From a virus (lineage: Duplodnaviria > Caudoviricetes), in the IMG/VR virus record IMGVR_UViG_3300037692_000167, positions 1-41,641 of that record: DNA of 41,641 bases. One strand, written 5' to 3'. Below are positions 34,979 through 41,641 of this stretch, in pieces. How positions within the stretch are numbered: position 1 is the first letter of the stretch; each line of letters opens with the position of its first letter. The notes under the pieces were generated by a model. That model made no database searches. It was not told the DNA's origin and worked only from the letters and a program-made list of their open reading frames with translations. The position numbers were made by a program, and so were the translations under genes.

Positions 34979-36105
34979 TCGATCTTCCCCGTGGCTGGGT
35001 TGTACTTCTTGCGCACCACGGGTACCGCAGTGCCCTGAGTGCCATCTTGCTTTGCTGCGCGCTCGACATAGCGGTTCTGAATCTCGCGGATCGTCTTGAG
35101 AGCGGCCTTCTTGGTGGCACGTGGAACCTTTGGATCACCGATCTGGCCCGCTGCCTGACGGTAGAGCTCTACGTCACGATCAGACTGCGGGCCCTCCATG
35201 CGTGGCATCTGCGTCATGAGACCGGCCTGCAGAACCTGTAATTGCGCAATCGCCTGCGCACCGCTGGTGGATTCCCCGAAGAACGCTGCGACTGCATCTT
35301 TCGCCGCTCCTGTTGCGCTCCCCGTAGCGATATCGATCAGCGGCTCGGCGATATCGAGCAATCCTTTCGTGCCCACGGCATTGGCGCCCTTCGTCGTAAC
35401 ACCACCGGACACGGCGCCCTCTGCTGTGCCGCGCGTCGCGCCTTCCGACTCTTGCCGCTTCTTCTGGGCAGCAGCGGCCGCTTCGCTTTCCGGCGTTGAC
35501 AGTGCCTTGGTTGCCGCTCCGCCGCCGGGGGTTCCCGTGATCACGGTGGGCGCCGTGTTCACGTCCTTCACGAACATGTTCGGATTGCGCTTCATCTCCA
35601 GATAGCGCTGCTGCTGCTCGGGTGTGAGCCCAGAGTAAAAATCCCACTCCTGCACCGATGACGGACGTGAGCTTTGGCCCCCGGCCGTGACCCAGTCCTG
35701 GAAAGATCCCTGGAAACCGTTCTGTCGTGCGTATTCGTACTCGCGCACGCTGTTCGGATCCTGATTCTTCTGCTCCTCGAGGTTTGCGATCTGCGCTTCC
35801 TGCAGCTTCTGCTTCTGAATCTGCTCCTGCGCCTGCGCTCGTGCCTGCTGGCTTGCGAGTAGCGCTCGGCCGAACACCTCCGCGCCGGTCTGCTTCACCG
35901 GCGAATAACCGCTCCCCGCAAGCATCTGCGCGGCGAAGGTCGAGAGCGCATCGCGGTTGGTCGGATCGGCGTTGTACGCCTGAAAGCGACCGAAGAGACC
36001 GTTTCCGGTCGCGGGCGGCGTGCCCATGAGGCCGGGCCCGGGATTCACACCGGATGTCGCGGCGTTTGCGCCGAAGGAGTTCTGCCAGAAGGAGTTGATG
36101 GCCAT
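34975..36105 (-). CDS. DNA ejection protein, P22 gp20-like position
   Basis: Gln/Ala-rich; SVREYEYA, PRMEGPQSDRD and YNPATGKIE motifs. Confidence 0.7.
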   Translation of the reverse strand: MAINSFWQNSFGANAATSGVNPGPGLMGTPPATGNGLFGRFQAYNADPTNRDALSTFAAQMLAGSGYSPVKQTGAEVFGRALLASQQARAQAQEQIQKQKLQEAQIANLEEQKNQDPNSVREYEYARQNGFQGSFQDWVTAGGQSSRPSSVQEWDFYSGLTPEQQQRYLEMKRNPNMFVKDVNTAPTVITGTPGGGAATKALSTPESEAAAAAQKKRQESEGATRGTAEGAVSGGVTTKGANAVGTKGLLDIAEPLIDIATGSATGAAKDAVAAFFGESTSGAQAIAQLQVLQAGLMTQMPRMEGPQSDRDVELYRQAAGQIGDPKVPRATKKAALKTIREIQNRYVERAAKQDGTQGTAVPVVRKKYNPATGKIE

Positions 36106-36108
36106 AGC

Positions 36109-36909
36109 CTATCCGTATCCGCCGAGCAGGCCGCCACCGATAGCCCCGATGGCAGTGCCCCACGGTCCAAAACTGGAGCCGAGCTGGGCGCCACTCACCG
36201 CGCCGCCCACCGCCCCAGCTCCGCGATTGCGGTAGATCGGCGTGCTCTGTGTCGAGCCCATGTTGCCGCCGATCCGCTGCAAGTAGCTGTCGAGCGTATT
36301 CCCGGGCCGGTTCTGCTCGGTGTCCCAACGGCGAGCCGCGTCCTCCATGTAGCGCCCCGAGAGGTCTTCGACCTGGCCGCCCACGCCCTGAAGTGCGGCG
36401 AGGTCGCGATAGTCCGCTTCGGCGAGCGGGGAGACGTACGGGAGCACCCCTTGCTGGCGGTTGCGTTCGGCGTCGAACGCACCGCCATAAATCTGCGTGG
36501 CAAGGCCCGTGAGCATGTCCGTGCGCTGAGGAGCGCCGGCCTGCACGTTGCGTCCAGTCCCCGCGTACTGCGCTTCTCCGGCCGCCTGCGTCGCCTGAGC
36601 GGCACGGTTGAACGTCGCATCGAGCCACGGATTGCCCTGGTCTAGGTATTTCCCCTGCAGCGTGTCCTGCGCATAGCCTTGGCCGGCTTGCGTGAGGGGC
36701 GAGCCTTGAGTAGCGCGCCGCTCAATACCGCCGAGTGCCGCCTCCGTCTGCGGGGCAAAGGGGACAACCGTATTTCCGCCGTACTGCTGCGGGCCCCCTT
36801 CAGCGAAGAGGCCGCGCGCGTAGCCGAGTCCCTCTTGCAGGTAGGGGAGCTGATATGACGGCGGCTCGGTCTTGGTGACCTGAGAGCCTGCTTGTGATCC
36901 ACCGCTCAT
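36109..36909 (-). CDS. DNA ejection protein, P22 gp7-like
   Basis: MSGG..TKTEPP.YQLPYL start; C-terminal glycine zipper GAVGGAVSGAQLG...GGLLG. Confidence 0.7.
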   Translation of the reverse strand: MSGGSQAGSQVTKTEPPSYQLPYLQEGLGYARGLFAEGGPQQYGGNTVVPFAPQTEAALGGIERRATQGSPLTQAGQGYAQDTLQGKYLDQGNPWLDATFNRAAQATQAAGEAQYAGTGRNVQAGAPQRTDMLTGLATQIYGGAFDAERNRQQGVLPYVSPLAEADYRDLAALQGVGGQVEDLSGRYMEDAARRWDTEQNRPGNTLDSYLQRIGGNMGSTQSTPIYRNRGAGAVGGAVSGAQLGSSFGPWGTAIGAIGGGLLGGYG

Positions 36910-37439
36910 TGGTACATCCCCAGGCGTGCGATATCGAGTGGATCGAGCATCGGCAGCCCCTGCGCATCGACCCGGCGCGGCATCGGGAAGAGGCCCACAT
37001 CCCGCGCAGGATTGGGCTGCGCGTTCATGGGCGGTGCGGGAGGCAGTCCTGGAGCGCCTTGCTGACCGCCGGGTGGCCCCGCCATGCGGTAGGCCAGATT
37101 CGTCAACGGGCCGTTCGTCGTGGGGTAGGAGTACGGTACAGGACGAGGCTGAAGACCTTGCGGCAAGGAAGCCGGAGCCCCCGGCACCAGGGGCGGCAAG
37201 GGGATCGGGGGCGCTTCAGGGGGCGGCGGCGTGGGGATAGCCCATCCATACGGATCGAACATCGTGCGCGCGTTGATCGGCGCCCCGCCCGCCATCTTGC
37301 CGGCCGCCGTCGCCCCGGGATTCATGATCGCGCCCACGGTGCCTAGTGCACCGCCCTGTTTGCGCAGGGCCCCGGAGATTGGGTCGGCGATGTTGGAAGT
37401 TTTCTTGATGAGCTTGGAGATTTTCTTGAAGATTCCCAT
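36906..37439 (-). CDS. Putative internal virion protein (amphipathic N-terminus, Pro-rich)
   Basis: MGIFKKISKLIKK start; TGATG coupling. Confidence 0.55.
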   Translation of the reverse strand: MGIFKKISKLIKKTSNIADPISGALRKQGGALGTVGAIMNPGATAAGKMAGGAPINARTMFDPYGWAIPTPPPPEAPPIPLPPLVPGAPASLPQGLQPRPVPYSYPTTNGPLTNLAYRMAGPPGGQQGAPGLPPAPPMNAQPNPARDVGLFPMPRRVDAQGLPMLDPLDIARLGMYQ

Positions 37440-37867
37440 CAGTGGATCTCCTGCAGGAGCTTCTCCAGCACCACGGCTTTGCGCGTGTAGCCGGGGAGCT
37501 TCTTCTGCCAACCCGCGCGCCCCACGATCTCGATACCGTAGCAGCCGATGGACGCCGCCCAGCGCTCTACCTCCGCGTGACAGCCGATCATCTGCTCGTC
37601 ATCGAGCGACCCGACGCAGACCCACAGCGAGCACAACTTCCCCTGTGTCGTGGGCACAATGCGCGTTGCAAGCACGCCCACGAAGCACTGCCCGTCGTGA
37701 TAGCTCCACAACTGACACTCACATTCTTTGGCCTGGCGAATCACATCCTCTGCCGAGACGAGACAGGTTCGAGCGGCGAACTCCTCCAGAAATGGCTGCA
37801 ACCATGGGCGCACTGCGTCCACGTCCTGCGGCCTCACGGTGAACACACAGGAGACATTGAAGCTCAT
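37439..37867 (-). CDS. GNAT-like virion assembly protein (P22 gp14-like position)
   Basis: QLW...GVLATRI...ERWAASIGC..IEIVGRAGWQK. Confidence 0.7.
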   Translation of the reverse strand: MSFNVSCVFTVRPQDVDAVRPWLQPFLEEFAARTCLVSAEDVIRQAKECECQLWSYHDGQCFVGVLATRIVPTTQGKLCSLWVCVGSLDDEQMIGCHAEVERWAASIGCYGIEIVGRAGWQKKLPGYTRKAVVLEKLLQEIH

Positions 37868-38322
37868 GGCGATCCCACGCTGGCGCTCATGAAGTAAGAC
37901 GCCGAATCGAGCACGCTCTGTGTGAGTGCAGAGCGGATTTCCACAAGCCACTCCCCAAGACTGGTCCCGAGTGTCGAGCGGGACAGTGACCAACTGCGCT
38001 TGTCATCTGTCCCGCCGCTCATGGAGAGCCAGGTATTCACCAGATCCCCAGATGAAGGGGAAGTCCCGCTCGTCACCGTAAGACGGATTTCATACAGCGC
38101 ACCGAAGTCGTTGGTTGAGGCAACCAGTCCGCCATTGCCCCAATCGGGCGAACAGATCGTATCCCCGCTGCCCGTGGCTGATGTGCGCAATACCCCGTTC
38201 TCGAAGAAGTCGAGCACCGCCGTGGCCGTCCCCGGTGTGCCGCGGAACGCGCCTACAGCACGGCTCTGCAGCACCGGGTGGTGTGCGGTTGAACTCAGGA
38301 ACTGATGAGCCGCGCGTGTCAC
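37864..38322 (-). CDS. Putative tail fibre distal/accessory protein
   Basis: Ser/Thr/Gly-rich beta protein; GTGA coupling. Confidence 0.55.
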   Translation of the reverse strand: MTRAAHQFLSSTAHHPVLQSRAVGAFRGTPGTATAVLDFFENGVLRTSATGSGDTICSPDWGNGGLVASTNDFGALYEIRLTVTSGTSPSSGDLVNTWLSMSGGTDDKRSWSLSRSTLGTSLGEWLVEIRSALTQSVLDSASYFMSASVGSP

Positions 38323-38783
38323 GAAAGGCCGACTCCGCTGATGAGCCACGAGGTAGTGGTGATCTTGAGTGCATTCGCAATGCCGTTCTGCGCAAGACTT
38401 CGGGTACCGGTCGTCGTCGTTCCAGCAAGCGTCATGGTGTCCGTGGTGATCGCAATCGACACCGAATCGGTTGCCTCGTTCACGAACGTGACCACCGTGC
38501 CCACCGGAAATGCCACAGAGGCATTGGCCGGAATGGTGAACGTATCGCCCGCCCCTGCGCCTGTGGGGTGGAAAATCTGCTTGTTCGCATCGGTGAGGAC
38601 GAGTGTGTAATTGCTCGATTGCGAATTCTGGTTGATGCCCTCGCGGTAATAGCGCGCCACAGCTGCCATGAATTCCCGCATGCAGTCGTTCAGCGAAGCG
38701 GGCGCCATGCCTTCCGGCGCACCATCCGGCGCAGCGGAATTATTCGAGGCGGCCGTTATTGACCAAGTGCTTACGTCACTCAT
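38319..38783 (-). CDS. Short tail fibre/needle-like protein
   Basis: WSITAASN...PEGMAPASLNDCMREFMA anchor; YTLVLTDA..TIPANASVAFPVGT fibre module. Confidence 0.7.
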   Translation of the reverse strand: MSDVSTWSITAASNNSAAPDGAPEGMAPASLNDCMREFMAAVARYYREGINQNSQSSNYTLVLTDANKQIFHPTGAGAGDTFTIPANASVAFPVGTVVTFVNEATDSVSIAITTDTMTLAGTTTTGTRSLAQNGIANALKITTTSWLISGVGLS

Positions 38784-40285
38784 GAGAAGCCCGCCGGAGT
38801 TCCGATGAAATTCAGACCACGCGCACTATCAAATCCGCCCGCCACGGTCATCTGCACGCTTGCGAACTCCACATCGTCGCGAAAGTCGCAGATCCCCGTG
38901 CGAGACGTACGCGAAACCGCCGCCCCGAAGGCAACGCCTGTGTTATCGAGCGTCGAACGCGTCGCAAGCGCAACCGTGACGCTCGTCGGGCTGCCAGTGA
39001 CGAGCGGCTTCACGCCCTGCACGGTGTAATGCCCGTTTGGGTTCAGTTCCACCTCCCCGGGCTGGAAAACAGCCGTTTTCGAAGCACCGATAAACGTTCC
39101 GAGCTTGTAGTCCGTGCCAAAAGCTGCGATGAGCGGCAAGCCGCCCTGCCAGAAGCTTGAGTCCAGCGAGATCGTCCCCAGATCGATGTTCGGCATCGGC
39201 GTATTCATCTGATCGAGCGTGTATCCCGTCGATAACGAGTTGAACAGCAGCGTCATGTCATCGGAAATGGGGCCGGCGAAGCGCTGCTCTTCGATGTTGT
39301 AGGCGATCAGCCGATTCGGAACACCAGTAGAGAGGTAATTCGGGTAGCTCCAGAAGATGCACTTCGTGATCGGATCGAATGCGACTCTCACGCGCTCCAG
39401 ATACGTCTGGTTCACGTCCGCCATGAAGGTTCGATTGACCTTCCCACCACCGATCCCCACGACTCGCGTGCCATCGGTCGTGTAGAAGCCATCGCTCGCG
39501 ATGAAATACACCAGCGGCCCGATTTTGATACTCGCATTCGGGAACCACGCGCCGTGCTTGTCCTCGATGGTGTCGAACGAGAAGACGGTTGGCGGTCCTG
39601 AGTACGCCGCGCGCGTAACACCCGAGCGCTGCAGGATGATGCCGAACTGATCGCCGCCGAAACCGCCCGCCACGCCGCCCAGATCCGGGCGATTGAGGAA
39701 CTGCTCGCCGCTTTGAACGGCCGCAGCTGCCGCGGTATTGGGCGTGGGCCACTCTGTCGGGCGTGAAAACCCGCTCCATTGCACCCGATGGGGAACCGTG
39801 CCGTTTGTGGCGTCGTTCGTGTAGCCAAGGAACACAAAGCGTCCGATGGTGAACGCGAATTTTGCTTTGGGCGCCGTACCCGAGGTGTGCAGGTTGGCGA
39901 ACGTCACTCCACCGAGAGCCGCTTTCTGCGGCAGGTCGATGAAGTTCGTCGCGATGATCGTCGAGTCGAACTGGCAGAAACTCCACCAGCCATCCGCCGC
40001 GGTGGAATAGCTTGCGGCGGTAGAGCTCCACGCGGCCCCGTTCTTGCGGCTGAGGAGATTCTCAGTGCCCACGTAGATATCCACTGCGCCACTGGAGTTG
40101 AGCGCGGCGAAGGCTCCCTGTGGGCGCTCGGTGAGGGCATCATCGGCGGTCGTAAGCGCGTTGAAGTCCGTGTAACCCCCATCGGCCGGCACCGCATTGG
40201 TCGCCAGCACGAGTCCGGGGTTTTCGTGGAACGGCAAGTCCGGCAGCCACGGCCCCAGTTTGATCTTTCCGTCAGGTGGCTTCAC
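38780..40285 (-). CDS. Tail tubular/stabilisation protein (P22 gp10-like beta propeller)
   Basis: LGPWLPDLP start, RVQWSG..PTEW, VYFIASDGFY; 501 aa following the adaptor. Confidence 0.75.
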   Translation of the reverse strand: MKPPDGKIKLGPWLPDLPFHENPGLVLATNAVPADGGYTDFNALTTADDALTERPQGAFAALNSSGAVDIYVGTENLLSRKNGAAWSSTAASYSTAADGWWSFCQFDSTIIATNFIDLPQKAALGGVTFANLHTSGTAPKAKFAFTIGRFVFLGYTNDATNGTVPHRVQWSGFSRPTEWPTPNTAAAAAVQSGEQFLNRPDLGGVAGGFGGDQFGIILQRSGVTRAAYSGPPTVFSFDTIEDKHGAWFPNASIKIGPLVYFIASDGFYTTDGTRVVGIGGGKVNRTFMADVNQTYLERVRVAFDPITKCIFWSYPNYLSTGVPNRLIAYNIEEQRFAGPISDDMTLLFNSLSTGYTLDQMNTPMPNIDLGTISLDSSFWQGGLPLIAAFGTDYKLGTFIGASKTAVFQPGEVELNPNGHYTVQGVKPLVTGSPTSVTVALATRSTLDNTGVAFGAAVSRTSRTGICDFRDDVEFASVQMTVAGGFDSARGLNFIGTPAGFS

Positions 40286-40848
40286 GCGCGAGCCTCAAAT
40301 TGCTTGCGCGGCCTGGCCCGGATCACTACGGGACGAAACAACTCCGGTGATCGCTCGCCAATAGCGTACCGCTGCCGAAGCGCGAAGTATGAAAGAGCCA
40401 GTTCTCTTGCCCATTCGGGCAGCGTGAGAGTCCTTCCATCATGGGAGACGGTGAGGTTTTTTCGCAGATTGTTTGCCTGTGTACGCCGCGTCGCCCATTC
40501 GCAGTTGCCGGATTCGTAATGGCCGTCGTTATTCAAACGCTCCAGTGTCAACCCTAGCGCTGGCTCGCCCATGTCGGTCAGAAAGTTCTCAAAGATCTGC
40601 CAGCGCTCGCAGACGCGAATGCCTCGGCCGCCATAGTTGTGGTAGCCCTTATTCTTCGGATTCCGGCAGCGATCAATCATCGCATTCCATACCCAGAATA
40701 TCCGTGTGCTAGACATGCCGTGTTGTTGCGCGGCTTTATTGTGACCGTTGATGAATCGCAGCGGCATCCCCTTACGAACTCCACGCGCCGCAACCGTCTT
40801 AGTCGCAACGCGTGTTCCCATGCCGCAGCCACATTCACAAAGAGCCAT
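40282..40848 (-). CDS. HNH-related homing endonuclease-like protein
   Basis: CECGCG, RCRNP..YHNYGGRGIRVCERW, TLERLNNDGHYESGNCEWAT. Confidence 0.85.
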   Translation of the reverse strand: MALCECGCGMGTRVATKTVAARGVRKGMPLRFINGHNKAAQQHGMSSTRIFWVWNAMIDRCRNPKNKGYHNYGGRGIRVCERWQIFENFLTDMGEPALGLTLERLNNDGHYESGNCEWATRRTQANNLRKNLTVSHDGRTLTLPEWARELALSYFALRQRYAIGERSPELFRPVVIRARPRKQFEARA

Positions 40849-41477
40849 TACGCTAAAATCTCCATGGAAGGGCTACCTGACTGATCTTCGTCCCGCTGCA
40901 AGCGTCGATAGCTGTCGAGCGCGTTGTCGTGCATGGTCTTCCACATGCCGATGCGGCCATCATTCTTAATGAAGGCCTCCGCCTGAATGAGCGAGCCGAA
41001 CAAACACACATCCGATGCATTCACGATCATGTAATGCGCAGAGGCATCCGTGGCGGATGAGCGCAGGTTCGTGGGCTTGCCCCAATACGTACCCTTGATG
41101 GTGTAGGTGGAGTCCGGCGCAGGACCAAACACGAAGTTCGACGCGTCACGCGCGATCCAGCGCGGAATGCCTGTATCCCCGCCACGCGGATATGTACCGT
41201 AGATCTGGTTGAGCGAGACACGATCCAGTCGCGACGAGGGCGAGCCGTTCACATAGACGTATTTCAGTGCCATGTAATCGGACGGGACCGCGATGACGCT
41301 GGAAGCAATCACGCTGCTCAGTGCCACTTCCATCCACCTGCCGAAGTTCTTCGGCTCGCGATAGAAGTCCTCTTCCCAGCTCTGAATGAAATTGGGCACA
41401 AACGTCGTGAGGTTGCTGCGCGCGAGGTAGTCCACAACGGCAGTCTGCAGAGTGCTGAGGCTTGTGATCACAGCCAC
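40848..41477 (-). CDS. Head-to-tail adaptor (P22 gp4-like position)
   Basis: LQTAVVDYLARSNL, GPAPDSTY, CLFGSLIQAEAFIKNDGRI motifs. Confidence 0.75.
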   Translation of the reverse strand: MAVITSLSTLQTAVVDYLARSNLTTFVPNFIQSWEEDFYREPKNFGRWMEVALSSVIASSVIAVPSDYMALKYVYVNGSPSSRLDRVSLNQIYGTYPRGGDTGIPRWIARDASNFVFGPAPDSTYTIKGTYWGKPTNLRSSATDASAHYMIVNASDVCLFGSLIQAEAFIKNDGRIGMWKTMHDNALDSYRRLQRDEDQSGSPSMEILA

Positions 41478-41514
41478 TGCGTGCGCACTCCCATGCGACC
41501 TGGGAACGTTCGTA

Positions 41515-41641
41515 GAAACGCGTACTCGTTCGAGTCGAGTTTCTCACGCACCTTCTTCTGCATGCCCGGATCCGGCGAGAAGATATTCACCCCTTCACGC
41601 ATCCACTTCTCCGCGACGATGTTCGGGATCTCGGCGAGCTT
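41515..41641. repeat. Terminal direct repeat copy of 1-127
   Basis: gaaacgcgtactcg...cgagctt identical to the window start. Confidence 0.95.

Noticed and set aside
35103-35118. Additional parS sites (also near 498, 14635 and 31760)
   Set aside because: Half-site matches only, with four or more mismatches, inside coding sequence
35180-36628. Long alternative-frame and antisense ORFs (also 4136-5383, 10442-11428, 18309-19319, 29890-30828)
   Set aside because: Arg/Ala-rich shadow ORFs expected in GC-rich DNA; they overlap well-supported genes
41515-41641. Biological direct terminal repeat
   Set aside because: It is exactly 127 nt and falls inside a gene, which fits an assembler k-mer overlap rather than packaged ends

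Overview
The window is a complete, circularly permuted genome (~41.5 kb unique) of a GC-rich temperate podovirus-like phage of a Gram-negative host, probably a gamma- or betaproteobacterium (inferred from the spanins, a CsrA homologue and the tmRNA-type att core). Bases 1-127 repeat at 41515-41641, and one ORF reads in frame across the join. The minus strand carries Cro-like, replication initiator, DnaB-like helicase and nuclease genes, then the late operon: a secreted Fn3-like protein, TerS, TerL, portal, scaffold, major capsid, decoration candidates, adaptor, gp10-like tail protein, ejection proteins, a beta-helix tailspike, a GH19 endolysin, a holin and embedded spanins. The plus strand carries a CI-like repressor and a long early operon of small genes (Sak4-like ATPase, NinB-like, two Ref-like nucleases, CsrA variant, Xis, tyrosine integrase), then an attP matching the 3' end of tmRNA and about 13 further small genes. 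The most unusual signals are: (1) host-type parS centromere palindromes, one abutting the attP core and one at the start of the late region, with no phage ParAB; (2) a tandem two-unit cassette with conserved boundary repeats and unrelated cargo in equal-length slots; (3) insertions that duplicate gene starts; (4) a variant CsrA plus a 29-aa peptide with an SspB-like ClpX-binding tail. All assignments are by-eye motif recognition; no searches were run.
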